Origin: an uncultured Negativicutes bacterium
GTDB taxonomy: Bacteria > Bacillota > Negativicutes > JBAXTZ01
NCBI GenBank assembly: GCA_963721525.1
Contig: CAVRJL010000016.1
Coordinates: 58,777-122,776 of the forward strand
Length of the DNA: 64,000 bases
Direction of reading: 5' to 3'
In this document: positions 30,252 through 41,720 of the stretch, piece after piece
Layout of the letters: each line of letters starts with the position of its first letter
How positions within the stretch are numbered: the first letter of the stretch is position 1
Translations under genes and position numbers: made by a program
The notes under the pieces: generated by a model
Told to the model about the DNA's origin: nothing
The model's database searches: none
What the model saw: the letters and a program-made list of their open reading frames with translations, nothing else

Positions 30252-33200
30252 ATGGATAATTTTAAAGAGTTAGTTAAAAAGCTTGATTTACCTCAATCTT
30301 CTATTGAGGCTTTTCTTAATAGTGAAATTTATTCGATAGAAATTGAAGAAAAAAATAAAACAATGACGATTATTTTGAGGACAAACTATAGTTTTACTGT
30401 TGAAGAGAAAATAATCGCTGAGACACAATTGCATAAGTTATTTAATTTTGAAATTATAGAAATTATAATAAAAAAAAGAAAAGAATATAGTTTTGAAGAA
30501 TTATGTAATAATCTGTTTTTTATTTGGGAAATGATTGACATTTCACCCCTAATTAAAAAAATAACAAAGAATATCAAATTATCCCTAGAAAAGGATAATT
30601 TATTATTAGCGGTTGAAAATTCAACAATAGAAACTATCTTAAAGGAGAATAATGTTACAAGGAATATTTATGAATTATTTGACACAAAATATTCTAAAAA
30701 GCTTAATATTAGGGTAAGTATTGAAAAATTCATGTTTAATGCGTTTAATAAAGATAATAAATTTAAAATAACAGAAATTAATGATAATAATTATAATATG
30801 GAAATGGCTACAGAAAATAAATTTTTATCAAATAAATTGTCAGATAAAAATCTTCAGATATTAGGTAAAAAAATTCTTGCTGAAAGTGTTACTATTAATA
30901 AAGCGCTAAAATTAAATAATAAATCTATTATTGTGCAGGGAAAGGTTTTTTGCACTAAAACAAGACAAATAAAGGGTAAATTAACATTATTAAGTTTTTA
31001 TATTGTTGATTTTACGGAGGCAGTGCAGTGCAAAATATTTTTAGGATCGAGAAACGATAAACAGATTATTGAAGAAATAAAAGATGGTATGTATATAAAA
31101 ACTAGAGGTAAATTATGTTTAGATCGATATGAAAAAAATATACCGATAGTTGAACCTAAAGATATTGAGAAAATAGAAATAAAAGAGCGAATAGATGAAT
31201 GCGAAAAAAAGAGGGTAGAATTGCATTGTCACACCAAAATGAGTTCCCTAGATGCTGTTATGGCTCCAACTGAATTAGTATGCACTGCAGCACTGTGGGG
31301 TCATAAGGCAGTAGCAATTACAGATCACGGAGTAGTGCAAGCTTTCCCAGAGGCTGCAGTTGCGGGAAAGAAATTTGGAATAAAAGTTATTTATGGAATG
31401 GAAGGATATTTAATTGATGATTCTAAACCAGTTGATGAAAAAGGAAATAATTTTCATATAATAATACTTGCTAAAAATTATATTGGATTAAGAAATTTAT
31501 ATAAACTTGTTTCTATATCTCATATTAAGCACTACAAAAAACGTCCTCGTATTATTAGAGAGGATATAATTAAATATCGTGAAGGTCTAATGTTAGGTAG
31601 CGCCTGTGAAGCAGGAGAATTATTTAGGGCAGTTATTGCAGGTAAAAAAGATGACGAATTGAGAAAAATTGGTGAATTTTATGATTATTTTGAAATTCAG
31701 CCTATTTCTAATAATGAATTCATGGTTAAAAATGGACATGTATCCGATTGCGATAAACTAAAAGAATTTAATAAGAAGATAATATTTTTAGGTGATACCA
31801 TGAATAAAGTTGTTTTAGCTACGACAGATGCTCATTTTTTAAATAAAGAAGATGAGATTTATCGTTCAATAATTTTATCAGCGAAAAACATGGAAAATTT
31901 TGCCGATAGTAATCCTCTATATTACAGAAACACAGAGCAAATGTTGAAAGAATTTGAATATTTAGGGAAAGATAAAGCAAAAGAAATAGTAATTACAAAC
32001 ACCAATCTTATTGCTGGACAAATAGATTCTTTACAGCCGATTCCTTCTGAGTTATATATACCAAAAATTAATGGTGCTCAGGAAGAAATATTAAGAATTG
32101 CGCACAAAACAGCAATGGAAATATATGGAGAAAAATTACCCTATATTGTTTCAGAACGTTTGGAATATGAGCTTCAGGCAATTATTAATCATGGGTATGC
32201 GGTCTTATATTATATAGCTTACAAATTAGTAAAAAAATCAAATTTAGATGGGTATCTTGTAGGATCTAGAGGTTCAATAGGTTCTTCTTTTGTAGCGACA
32301 ATAACAGGCATAACTGAGGTAAATCCTTTGCCCCCTCATTGGGTATGTCCTTTTTGTAAAAAAAGCGAGTTTATCGTAGACGGAAGTTTTACAAATGGTT
32401 TTGATTTGCCAGATAAAAAATGCTGTTGCGGAAATTTAATGAAAAAAGACGGGCACGATATACCTTTTGCAGTGTTTATGGGTTTTAAAAAGAATAAAGT
32501 TCCTGATATTGATTTAAATTTTTCTGGCGAATATCAATCACAAATTCATAAATATACAGAAAAATTGTTAGGAAAAGAAAATGTATTTCGCGCGGGTACT
32601 ATATCAACTGTAGCAGATAAATCAGCGGAAGCTTTTACTAGAGCTTATTTTAAAAAAAGAAGAATTTTTGCGTCAGAAGCGTATATAAAAAGTTGTAGTG
32701 AAAAATGTATTGGAGTTAAGAGAACAACAGGACAGCATCCAGGGGGATTAATGGTAATACCCCATGGAGTAGATATACATGAGATTACTCCTATACAATA
32801 TTCGGCCGAAGCAATAGATAGAGATATAACTACAACTCATTTTGATTATCACTCAATTCATAATGCCCTTGTGAAACTTGATAATTTAGGACATGATGCG
32901 CCTACTATAATAAAACATTTACAGGAATTATCAGGTTTTGATGTTAGTAACATTCCTTTTAATGATCCATATACTTTGAGTTTATTTAATTCTACTAAAG
33001 CTATAAACCTTACATCAGAACAATTACAAGGATGTTCTGTAGCGACACTTGGCATACCAGAATTTGGAACAAGTTTTGTAAGACAAATACTTGAAGTTAT
33101 AAGACCAAAGCAATTTAGTGATTTAGTGAGAATAGCAGGTTTCTCACATGGAACAGATGTATGGTTTAGTAATGCAAAAGATCTAATAGATAATAAAATA

Positions 33201-33926
33201 GGAAAAATAAATGAAATAGTTTCTTCTCGTGATGATATAATGAATTTTCTCATGAAAAAAGGCCTTGATAGGGAACATGCTTTTAATATAATGGAACAAG
33301 TAAGAAAAGGTCAGGGGCTAAAAAAGGAAGATATAAAAGTAATGAAAGCGATTAAAGTCAAAGATTGGTATGTAAATTCATGTAATAAAATAAAATATTT
33401 ATTCCCAAAAGCTCATGCAGTGGCTTATGTTATAATGGCATTTCGTATAGCATATTTTAAGGTACATTATCCACTTGCTTTTTACGCGGCCAGTTTTTCT
33501 GTAAAAACTGGCGATTTTGATGCAGAAAAAATATGCAATGGCTTAAATAGATTACAACAGGAATATGAAATGATTTTACAAAAAGGTACAGAGGCCAGTC
33601 AAAAAGAGAAAGCGTGTATGCCGCTTATGGAATTAGCGATGGAAGCTTATTTACGGAAAATAGAATTTACTAAGATAAATTTAAATGAATCACATAGCTT
33701 TAAGTTTAAAATAAAAGGTGATAGGTTATTACCGCCGCTTGCAGCGTTGAACGGAGTAGGAGAGAATGCTGCTAGTAATATTATAGCAGCAAGGAAAGAA
33801 CGTCCTTTTACATCCATAAGAGATTTGCAAAGTCGTGCACATTTAAATAAAGTTGTTATAGAAGTATTTGATGTTAATGGAATATTAGATGGATTAGATA
33901 CTACAGATCAAATTAGTTTATTTTAA
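30252..33926 (+). CDS. polC: DNA polymerase III PolC-type, lacking the integral 3'-5' exonuclease domain
   Basis: RVELHCHTKMS, AITDHG, VGSRGS, VPDIDLNFSG, KRTTGQHPGG, YLFPKAHA, C-terminal QISLF; no DEDDh insert within the PHP domain. Confidence 0.97.
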   Translation: MDNFKELVKKLDLPQSSIEAFLNSEIYSIEIEEKNKTMTIILRTNYSFTVEEKIIAETQLHKLFNFEIIEIIIKKRKEYSFEELCNNLFFIWEMIDISPLIKKITKNIKLSLEKDNLLLAVENSTIETILKENNVTRNIYELFDTKYSKKLNIRVSIEKFMFNAFNKDNKFKITEINDNNYNMEMATENKFLSNKLSDKNLQILGKKILAESVTINKALKLNNKSIIVQGKVFCTKTRQIKGKLTLLSFYIVDFTEAVQCKIFLGSRNDKQIIEEIKDGMYIKTRGKLCLDRYEKNIPIVEPKDIEKIEIKERIDECEKKRVELHCHTKMSSLDAVMAPTELVCTAALWGHKAVAITDHGVVQAFPEAAVAGKKFGIKVIYGMEGYLIDDSKPVDEKGNNFHIIILAKNYIGLRNLYKLVSISHIKHYKKRPRIIREDIIKYREGLMLGSACEAGELFRAVIAGKKDDELRKIGEFYDYFEIQPISNNEFMVKNGHVSDCDKLKEFNKKIIFLGDTMNKVVLATTDAHFLNKEDEIYRSIILSAKNMENFADSNPLYYRNTEQMLKEFEYLGKDKAKEIVITNTNLIAGQIDSLQPIPSELYIPKINGAQEEILRIAHKTAMEIYGEKLPYIVSERLEYELQAIINHGYAVLYYIAYKLVKKSNLDGYLVGSRGSIGSSFVATITGITEVNPLPPHWVCPFCKKSEFIVDGSFTNGFDLPDKKCCCGNLMKKDGHDIPFAVFMGFKKNKVPDIDLNFSGEYQSQIHKYTEKLLGKENVFRAGTISTVADKSAEAFTRAYFKKRRIFASEAYIKSCSEKCIGVKRTTGQHPGGLMVIPHGVDIHEITPIQYSAEAIDRDITTTHFDYHSIHNALVKLDNLGHDAPTIIKHLQELSGFDVSNIPFNDPYTLSLFNSTKAINLTSEQLQGCSVATLGIPEFGTSFVRQILEVIRPKQFSDLVRIAGFSHGTDVWFSNAKDLIDNKIGKINEIVSSRDDIMNFLMKKGLDREHAFNIMEQVRKGQGLKKEDIKVMKAIKVKDWYVNSCNKIKYLFPKAHAVAYVIMAFRIAYFKVHYPLAFYAASFSVKTGDFDAEKICNGLNRLQQEYEMILQKGTEASQKEKACMPLMELAMEAYLRKIEFTKINLNESHSFKFKIKGDRLLPPLAALNGVGENAASNIIAARKERPFTSIRDLQSRAHLNKVVIEVFDVNGILDGLDTTDQISLF

Positions 33927-33939
33927 AAGCAATAACCGC

Positions 33940-33968
33940 TTGCAATATATACTTATTATAAGTATATT
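33940..33968 (+). promoter_or_regulatory. Sigma-A promoter of the nusA-infB operon
   Basis: TTGCAA (33940-33945), 17-bp spacer, TATATT (33963-33968). Confidence 0.65.
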
Positions 33969-34142
33969 ATATATAGATGATGAAATAATAGAATATATAA
34001 TGAAGATTACGTATTGATAAGCGAAAGTTAAATAAAATATTTGGTAAAGAAATTTTTATTTTTCAGTCCGATTTTTTAAAAGAATCTTCACCTAGTGTTA
34101 GTTAGTAAGAAATTTTTATCAAGAGAGATTAAGGTGTAAAAT

Positions 34143-35171
34143 ATGCAACAGGAATTAATGGGTGTGGTTGCTAAACTTGCTCGTGAAAAAAATATTAAAC
34201 CAGAAATAATTTTAGAAGCGTTAAAAACATCTTTAATAACAGCGTATAAAAAAAATTTTGGAATAACGAGTGGTTTACGTATTACTTTTGACGAGGGTAG
34301 TTGGCATGTTTTCATTACTAAAAAAGTTGTAGAAACTGTTTTAGAGCATAGATATGAAATATCATTAACAGACGCGAAAAAAATAAATGAAGCACATGAG
34401 GTTTCCGACGAGATAGAAATAGAAGTTACTTCTAAAGATTTTGGACGTATTGCGGCACAAACAGCAAAACAACTTGTCATGCAAAAAATTCGCGATGCAG
34501 AAAGAGATGTTATTTTTGAAGAATATTCTGATAAAGAAAATGATATTGTTTCGGGAATAGTTCAAAGAACAAATTACAAAAATGTATATGTTGATTTAGG
34601 AAATACTGAGGGCATTCTTGTTCGTAGCGAAACAATTCCAGGAGAATTTTATAAAGTCGGGGAACGTATAAAAACTTATATAATTTCAGTAAGAAAAACA
34701 TCTAAAGGTCCTCAAATAATGCTTTCGCGTACTCATCCTGGATTATTAAAAAGATTATTAGAAATTGAAGTTCCTGAAATTAAAGATGGTGTAGTAGAAA
34801 TAAAATCAATATCGAGAGAACCTGGCGCGCGTTCAAAAGTAGCAGTTCATTCTTTAAATAAAGATATAGACTCTATAGGTGCTTGCATAGGGTATAAGGG
34901 ATTGAGAGTTCAAATGATAGTTAATGAAATGCATGGTGAAAAAATGGATATAGTGGCGTGGTCTGAAAATCTTGTAGAATATATAAGTAATGCTTTAAGT
35001 CCTGCAAAAACTGTATCTGTACAGATCGATGAAGAAATAAGAGCTTGTCGTGTTATTGTGCCTGATTTTCAATTAAGTTTAGCTATTGGTAAAGAGGGAC
35101 AGAATGTTAGACTTGCTGCTAAGCTGACGGGATGGAAAATTGATATAAAAAGTGAAAGTCAATTAATATGA
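34143..35171 (+). CDS. nusA: Transcription factor NusA
   Basis: FGRIAAQTAKQ, SREPGARSK, LSLAIGKEGQNVRLAAKLTGWKIDI. Confidence 0.99.
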   Translation: MQQELMGVVAKLAREKNIKPEIILEALKTSLITAYKKNFGITSGLRITFDEGSWHVFITKKVVETVLEHRYEISLTDAKKINEAHEVSDEIEIEVTSKDFGRIAAQTAKQLVMQKIRDAERDVIFEEYSDKENDIVSGIVQRTNYKNVYVDLGNTEGILVRSETIPGEFYKVGERIKTYIISVRKTSKGPQIMLSRTHPGLLKRLLEIEVPEIKDGVVEIKSISREPGARSKVAVHSLNKDIDSIGACIGYKGLRVQMIVNEMHGEKMDIVAWSENLVEYISNALSPAKTVSVQIDEEIRACRVIVPDFQLSLAIGKEGQNVRLAAKLTGWKIDIKSESQLI

Positions 35172-35428
35172 GTTCTATACCAAAACGTATGTGTATTGTT
35201 TGTAAAAATAGATACGAAAAAATATATTTAAATAAATTTATTAGAACTCGAAAAAATATACTTATTAGGGATAAAATAGGTAAAATGAATGGACGGGGTA
35301 TGTATATTTGTTATAAAAAAGAATGTATGGATAAAAATATAAACAATAAATTATTGGAAAAATATTCTAAAAAATTTTCAAAAAATAAAGAAATAGTAAA
35401 AATAGGTGAAAAAAAGAGGTGTTTTTAA
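35168..35428 (+). CDS. ylxR: YlxR/RnpM-family protein (divergent)
   Basis: PKRMCIVC, GRGMYIC..KEC; directly after nusA. Confidence 0.85.
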   Translation: MSSIPKRMCIVCKNRYEKIYLNKFIRTRKNILIRDKIGKMNGRGMYICYKKECMDKNINNKLLEKYSKKFSKNKEIVKIGEKKRCF

Positions 35429-35536
35429 TAAATATTATTCATCAAATTGAATGGAAAAAACTAAAAAAAAATGCTATTAATGCGGATGAGAATTTAACTT
35501 TCGGCAAGCTAATAGTAGCTGGGGGTATATTAATTA

Positions 35537-38215
35537 ATGCGTGTATATGAATTGGCTAAAAAATTGGGAGTTGATACTAAAAAACTAATCGAGTTATTAA
35601 AAGATAATGGAGTTTCAAAAAAAAGCACTTTTAGCGGGTTAAGTGATAGTGAGGTAACGATTATTTATTCTTTGCCGCAATTTTCAGATAAAGAGAGAAA
35701 AGAAAAGTATTGTATTGAAAAAAATATAATAAAACAAGAATTGGAAATAAAAGAAGTAAATAAAACCCAAGTAAGGAACCATTCTTATACAAGGCGTGTC
35801 ACAATAGGACTAGATACAAAACATCGTTATGATTCTAAAAAAATTTTGGAAATAAACGCTAGAATTACTAAATCTCCTAAAAATCAACAGGAGCTTCCTA
35901 AAATGACACGTGAACAACGTGAATGGCTAGAAAAACAAAAACGTACATCCGAAAATGAATTAAAGGATAATATCTTTCCTTCAAAATTTAAACAATACTA
36001 TTCACAACAAACTCCTCTAAAAGAAAAAATATTATCTAAAGAATATTGTCAACATAAAGAAATTGTAAAAACTGAAAATTGTCCTAAGAAAAAGTTTATA
36101 AAAAAAGAAGAAAAAGATTTCGAAAAAAAAAGAAATATCCCTAATGTTTTCGTACCACAAAAGAAATCTATTCCGATAAAAAAAACACCTCAAATTGATA
36201 ATAAAGAACAAACTTTTAGAAGAAAAGAACAAACATCTCAGCTGGTGCAAACTAATTTAAGTAGTAATGTACATCAAAAAAAGTCGGCTGTTTTGCCAAT
36301 AAAAATAGAGATTTCAAAAAAATTAATAGGCCGCAAATCATATTCAAGCTCTGAAAAAAATAAACGAATAGATCAGCGTAAAAAAGAAGGCGAAAATTTA
36401 GGTAGTATCAATAAGTATTTTAAACCTAAAATAAAAACAGGAGGGACAGATAATCCTCATATTCCTAAAACAAGACCAAAAGAAATAAAATTAATAGATA
36501 GTATACCGGTAAATGAATTTGCTTCAAAAATAGGAGTTACTGCCGGACAAATTATAATGAAATTAATGAAACATGGTGTAATGGCGACTCTTAATCAAGA
36601 AATAGATATAGAAATTGCAGCTATAATAGGTGAAGAATACGGAGTAACTGTTACTAAATTACCTCCTGAAACAGATTCGTATGAAGTTGAAAAAATAATT
36701 GATTCAGAGAAAGATTTGCAAAGTCGCCCGCCAGTTGTTACGGTTATGGGTCATGTTGATCATGGTAAAACTTCTTTACTTGATGCTATACGTTTTACGA
36801 GAGTAGCTGCTGGCGAAGCAGGTGGAATAACTCAACATATTGGTGCATATCAAGTTGTTTATAACGAAAAAAAAATATGTTTTCTAGATACTCCTGGACA
36901 TGAAGCTTTCACGGCGATGCGTTCACGTGGAGCTAAAGCGACAGATATAGCGATACTTGTTGTCGCGGCTGATGACGGGGTTATGCCGCAAACCATTGAA
37001 GCAATTAACCATGCTAAAGATGCTAAAGTTCCTATTATTGTAGCTATAAATAAAATAGATAAAGAAGGAGCTAATCCAGATAAAATAAAGCAAGAACTTG
37101 TTGAATATGGTTTACAATCGGAAGATTGGGGCGGGGATACGATAATAGTATCTGTTTCTGCTGTAAAAAAAACAGGAATAAATGAATTATTAGAAATGGT
37201 TTTACTTCTGTCAGAAATAAATGAATTTAAAGCTAATTATAACCGCCCGGCTCAAGGATTAATTATCGAGGCAAAACTTGACAAAGGACGAGGTCCCGTC
37301 GCTACAGTATTAATACAGAAAGGTACTCTTAATATTGGAGATACAATAATTGCAGGTTTAACTTATGGTAATGTTCGTGCAATGTTTAATGATAACGCTG
37401 AAAAAATAAAAAAAGCAGGACCTTCTACTCCTGTAGAGGTGCTTGGCTTAAATGATGTTCCGAAAGCAGGCGACACAGTTTTTTGTGTTGAAGAAAAAAT
37501 TGCTAGAAACGTTGTTGAAAAGCGTTTAGCTAGGAAAAAGGTTGATGAACAAAAAGTATCTTCAATTGTTTCTTTGGATGATTTATTTAAACAAATCAAA
37601 GAAGGTAAACTGAAAGATTTAAATATACTTATAAAGGCTGATGCACAAGGATCCGTGGAGGTATTAAAGCAATCTTTATTACAAATAAAAAACGAGGAAG
37701 TACGAATTAATATTATACATTCAGGGGTGGGTGCGATTACTGAATCTGATGTAAATTTGGCTGCTGCAGGAAATTCTCTTATACTTGGGTTTAATGTAAG
37801 ACCAGACGTGAATGCTCGTAAAGTGGCGGATGATAAAAAAGTTGATATAAGGCTTTATAGAGTCATTTATGACGCTATAAATGACGTTGAATCAGCTATA
37901 AAAGGTATGCTTAAGCCTGAATATCGTGAAGTAATATTGGGTAAAGTTGAAATTCGAAAAATATTCAATACTTCAAAAGGTATTTTTGCTGGTAGTTATG
38001 TAATTGAAGGAAAAGTAACAAACCAAGCAAGTGGAAGACTTATTAGAGAAAATATAGTTTTACATGAAGGAAAAATAGAATCGTTAAAAAAATTTAAAGA
38101 TGATGCCAAAGAAGTAACTCAAGGATATGAGTGCGGTATAGTTTTGGAAAAATTCAGAGAGTTGCATGAAGGAGACGTATTAGAAGTATTTATTTTGGAA
38201 CAAATAGGACAATAA
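35537..38215 (+). CDS. infB: Translation initiation factor IF-2
   Basis: [42 protein letters not shown]. Confidence 0.99.
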   Translation: MRVYELAKKLGVDTKKLIELLKDNGVSKKSTFSGLSDSEVTIIYSLPQFSDKERKEKYCIEKNIIKQELEIKEVNKTQVRNHSYTRRVTIGLDTKHRYDSKKILEINARITKSPKNQQELPKMTREQREWLEKQKRTSENELKDNIFPSKFKQYYSQQTPLKEKILSKEYCQHKEIVKTENCPKKKFIKKEEKDFEKKRNIPNVFVPQKKSIPIKKTPQIDNKEQTFRRKEQTSQLVQTNLSSNVHQKKSAVLPIKIEISKKLIGRKSYSSSEKNKRIDQRKKEGENLGSINKYFKPKIKTGGTDNPHIPKTRPKEIKLIDSIPVNEFASKIGVTAGQIIMKLMKHGVMATLNQEIDIEIAAIIGEEYGVTVTKLPPETDSYEVEKIIDSEKDLQSRPPVVTVMGHVDHGKTSLLDAIRFTRVAAGEAGGITQHIGAYQVVYNEKKICFLDTPGHEAFTAMRSRGAKATDIAILVVAADDGVMPQTIEAINHAKDAKVPIIVAINKIDKEGANPDKIKQELVEYGLQSEDWGGDTIIVSVSAVKKTGINELLEMVLLLSEINEFKANYNRPAQGLIIEAKLDKGRGPVATVLIQKGTLNIGDTIIAGLTYGNVRAMFNDNAEKIKKAGPSTPVEVLGLNDVPKAGDTVFCVEEKIARNVVEKRLARKKVDEQKVSSIVSLDDLFKQIKEGKLKDLNILIKADAQGSVEVLKQSLLQIKNEEVRINIIHSGVGAITESDVNLAAAGNSLILGFNVRPDVNARKVADDKKVDIRLYRVIYDAINDVESAIKGMLKPEYREVILGKVEIRKIFNTSKGIFAGSYVIEGKVTNQASGRLIRENIVLHEGKIESLKKFKDDAKEVTQGYECGIVLEKFRELHEGDVLEVFILEQIGQ

Positions 38216-38268
38216 TTTAATAATATAATCCCTCGTGCTAATAAAATGGAAGGATTGTATTTTATTTT

Positions 38269-38320
38269 ATTTTATAACTAATTAATATCAAATAAATTTT
38301 TAATTAATTAGTTATAAAAT
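38269..38320. repeat. Perfect 18-bp inverted repeat with a 16-nt spacer, between infB and rbfA
   Basis: ATTTTATAACTAATTAAT (38269-38286) and ATTAATTAGTTATAAAAT (38303-38320). Confidence 0.85.
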
Positions 38321-38335
38321 TTTCAGGGAGGAATC

Positions 38336-38689
38336 ATGAGCCACATTAGAGTGGAAAAAATTCAAAAATTTATAAAACAAGAAATAAGTAAATTATTAAT
38401 ATCAGGAATAAAGGATCCCCGTATTATTGGTTTTGTTACAATAACTAAAGTAGAAGTGTCAAACGATTTACGTTTCGCCAAAGTTTATTTTTCTACATTG
38501 AATAGCAAATATAAAGATATGGAAATAGTGAAGAGTTTAGAAAAAATTAAAGGGTATATTCGTTCTCATATAGGTAAATATTTAGGTATAAGGTTTACTC
38601 CTGAATTAGCTTTTAAAATTGACGAGTCATCAAAATGGGGAGCGCAAATCCAAAAGATATTAGAGGATATTAATGGATCTAGGCTATAA
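38336..38689 (+). CDS. rbfA: Ribosome-binding factor A
   Basis: KDPRI, VEVSNDLRFAKVY, RFTPELAFKIDES. Confidence 0.97.
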   Translation: MSHIRVEKIQKFIKQEISKLLISGIKDPRIIGFVTITKVEVSNDLRFAKVYFSTLNSKYKDMEIVKSLEKIKGYIRSHIGKYLGIRFTPELAFKIDESSKWGAQIQKILEDINGSRL

Positions 38690-38699
38690 GCGAGATTAT

Positions 38700-39656
38700 A
38701 TGCTTAATTTATTTAAGGCAAGACAAGTTATAGAAAGTGCTAAAACAATAGTATTGACTTGTCATTTATTTCACGATGGGGATGCATTAGGTTCGATGTT
38801 AGCCTTGTATAATATGTTACAAGACAAAAAAAAAGAAGCTATAATGATCTTAAACGAAGAGATAGCTCATAATTTTAAATTTTTAGTAGGTGCTAAAAAA
38901 ATAAAACAACTGAAAGGAGAGACTATAAATTGTGATTTGTTTATTATAGTTGATAAAGATGCAATACAAGATAATCGTTGTGGTTCGTATGGTACAATAG
39001 TTAATTCTTTAAAAAAGCTGAATATTGACCACCATATAGGAAATAAAGAATGTGCGGATGTCAATATATTAGATAATAAGGCTGGAGCATGCGGAGAATT
39101 AGTTTATGATTTGCTGCAATATATGGAACAAAAGATAACTCCGCAAATAGCAGAATGTCTTTATGTGTCGATTGTTTCAGATACAGGGTATTTCGGGTTT
39201 GGAAATACGACAAAAAAAACATTATTAATTGCAGGAAACTTAATTAAGTTTGGAGTAAATCCACAAAGAGTAGCAGAGTTTTTGAAAAGCAGATTACCGC
39301 ATCAAGTTAAATGTTTGGCAAAAGTATTAAATACATTTGAAATATACAATAAAAACATAGGAATTCTAACAATAAATAATAAACTTTATAAAGAAATAGG
39401 GCTTGAAAACGAAAATTATGTAAATTATGCTCGGTACTCAAAAGGAATAGAAGCAGCAGTTTTATTTAAAGAAGTCGAATATAAGTTAGTAAAAGTAAGC
39501 CTGAGATTTAGCGTTTATAATGCAGTAAAATTTGCAACTTCATTTGGCGGCGGCGGACATTTTAATAGTGCAGGCTTTACTCAAAAAGGAAATTTAGATG
39601 AAATAAAAGATAAAATTATAAATGAATTAATTAAATATATAAATGAAGAAAGATAA
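38700..39656 (+). CDS. nrnA: DHH/DHHA1 phosphoesterase (NrnA-like oligoribonuclease/PAP phosphatase)
   Basis: DGDALGS, IDHH, SDTG, GGGGH; follows rbfA; start ATG 38700 chosen (ORF track 38673). Confidence 0.9.
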   Translation: MLNLFKARQVIESAKTIVLTCHLFHDGDALGSMLALYNMLQDKKKEAIMILNEEIAHNFKFLVGAKKIKQLKGETINCDLFIIVDKDAIQDNRCGSYGTIVNSLKKLNIDHHIGNKECADVNILDNKAGACGELVYDLLQYMEQKITPQIAECLYVSIVSDTGYFGFGNTTKKTLLIAGNLIKFGVNPQRVAEFLKSRLPHQVKCLAKVLNTFEIYNKNIGILTINNKLYKEIGLENENYVNYARYSKGIEAAVLFKEVEYKLVKVSLRFSVYNAVKFATSFGGGGHFNSAGFTQKGNLDEIKDKIINELIKYINEER

Positions 39657-40252
39657 TAAGTTGAATCTAATGTGATAAATATTTTATTTATAGAATTAAC
39701 ATATCGAAGAATATAATATACAGATATAGACCTATTTAAAAAGAGTTTTTTAATTATATCGGCTATTTTAAAATAGGAATATTAATTTTTTGATAACCCA
39801 ATAAAAGAGGTATCACTGGAGACAATAGAATCACAATTCCCCTTAGTATATATGTTTGATAATTTTTGACTACATAAAGAGCTTAATGACATTTTACCTG
39901 TAATAGTAATATTATTTTTATGCGATTTAAAGTAAACTGTTTCATAAATATTTTCTTGATCTTTATTTATATAAATGTGATTACCATAATATAGTAGTAG
40001 CTGAAGATTCATATATTTTTTTGATTTAATATCTGTATATTGATTTTCTATTATAGCTACTCTTCATATATCATTTGTTAAAACTATTATGTTTCAATTT
40101 ATTTTTAATAATAAACCCCTATTTAAGTTTCATTTACAAACAAGTTAGCTTTATCGGGATATTAGTTTTCAACAATACCTAGCTAATATATGTTGAAATT
40201 CAAGGCTGAAGTGACTTATAAAAATTTTAATAGTATATTTTTAAAAATTAGT

Positions 40253-40283
40253 TTAATTATATTGTATATAACAATATAATTAA
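40253..40283. repeat. Perfect 13-bp inverted repeat upstream of the NCS2 permease
   Basis: TTAATTATATTGT-ATATA-ACAATATAATTAA. Confidence 0.75.
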
Positions 40284-40343
40284 GTTATAATAGGTTTGGG
40301 GAGGGGTATTTATCATTAATGAAAAATTAAGTGAGGAAGAGAG

Positions 40344-41645
40344 ATGTTAGAAAGATTCTTTAAATTAAAAAGCAATAATACTACAATTAGTGGTGAGTTT
40401 GTGGCTGGGTTGACTACTTTTGTTTCTATGTCTTATATACTTGTAGTAGTGCCTAGTTTACTCCAAAAAGCGGGTATGCCTTTTAATGGAACTTATATAG
40501 GTACGATTTTAGTGGCATGTTTTGGAACCGTACTGATTGGTCTGACTTCTAATTACCCTATAGCTATAGCTCCGGGGGTGGGGACGTTGGCGTACTTTGT
40601 ATTTAGTATTGTATTAAATACTAATAATAGGGTTACATGGAAAGAAGGTATGGCTATTGTTTTTGTGACGGGGGTTTTGTTTTCGCTTATTTCGTTAACT
40701 AAACTTAGGAGAAATATTATAGTAGCCATACCAGACAATCTTAAGCATGCTATTGTTGCTGGTATTGGTTTATTTATCGGAATAATTGGATTAAGTGGCG
40801 CAGGAATTATTGAAAGTGGTGGTGGGACTATAGTCCATCTTGGGAAAATAACTAGCCCAATGGTATTGCTAGCGTTGTTTGGATTTTTTTTGGCAGCTAT
40901 TTTGTCAATAAAAAATATTCCAGGCGGCATTTTTATCGCAATGATTATGAGTGCAGTGATTGCATTCTTTGCTAAACTTATGCCTATACCTAAATCTTTT
41001 ATATCTTTGCCAAGCGGTGTTACTGAAACTTTTATGCAAATTAATTTTAGTGCTTTTAATAATCTACATGTATTTTTACCTATTCTCCTATTGCTATTAA
41101 TTTTAATGTTTGATACTACAGGAACATTAATTGGATTAACTACTCAAGCAGGATTATTGAAAAATGGAAAAATGGAAAAAGACAAGTCTGCTTTTTTATC
41201 TGATTCTGTAACTTCGATTTTTGCATCTTTTGTGGGAAGTAGTCCTTCGGCTGTATATATTGAATCAGGAGCTGGGATAGCAGTAGGTGGCAGGACAGGC
41301 CTAACTGCCATTTTTACTGCGTTATTTTTTATGCTTTGCGCATTTTTTCAACCTGTAGCAAAATCTATAGGTTCTTGTCCAGCAATAACTACGCCAGCAT
41401 TATTAATGGTTGCTTATTTTATGGCAAGAAATGTTGCGGAAATAGATTGGAAAAATTTTGATGAATCATTAGCATCTTTTATAATTATAATTGGTATACC
41501 TTTAAGTTATAGTATTGCTAGTGGAGTAGGTCTTGGAATAATTACTTTTGTAATAATCCGTTTAGGATTAGGTAAGTTTAAAACAGTTCATCCTCTTTTA
41601 TATGTTTTTGCCGCGTTATTTGCAGCAAGTTTCAGTATAATTTAA
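40344..41645 (+). CDS. NCS2/AzgA-family purine (guanine/hypoxanthine/adenine) permease
   Basis: AGLTTFVSMSYI, PIAIAPG, FDTTGTL, YIESGAGIAVGGRTGLTA, PLSYSIA. Confidence 0.93.
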   Translation: MLERFFKLKSNNTTISGEFVAGLTTFVSMSYILVVVPSLLQKAGMPFNGTYIGTILVACFGTVLIGLTSNYPIAIAPGVGTLAYFVFSIVLNTNNRVTWKEGMAIVFVTGVLFSLISLTKLRRNIIVAIPDNLKHAIVAGIGLFIGIIGLSGAGIIESGGGTIVHLGKITSPMVLLALFGFFLAAILSIKNIPGGIFIAMIMSAVIAFFAKLMPIPKSFISLPSGVTETFMQINFSAFNNLHVFLPILLLLLILMFDTTGTLIGLTTQAGLLKNGKMEKDKSAFLSDSVTSIFASFVGSSPSAVYIESGAGIAVGGRTGLTAIFTALFFMLCAFFQPVAKSIGSCPAITTPALLMVAYFMARNVAEIDWKNFDESLASFIIIIGIPLSYSIASGVGLGIITFVIIRLGLGKFKTVHPLLYVFAALFAASFSII

Positions 41646-41720
41646 GTAACATTAAAATAAATGACTTATACGTCAATTGCAATCAGAATAACTGTAGTTA
41701 TAAAAATTTTTATTTCCGTA

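Noticed and set aside
35650-36480. Long K/E/Q-rich IF2 N-terminal region as an insertion or fused domain
   Set aside because: This part of IF2 is normally variable and low-complexity; the total length of 892 aa is ordinary.
40200-40343. Purine riboswitch upstream of the NCS2 permease (also sought before guaD)
   Set aside because: The core ATATGG...GTTTCTACC...CCGTAAA pattern is absent.
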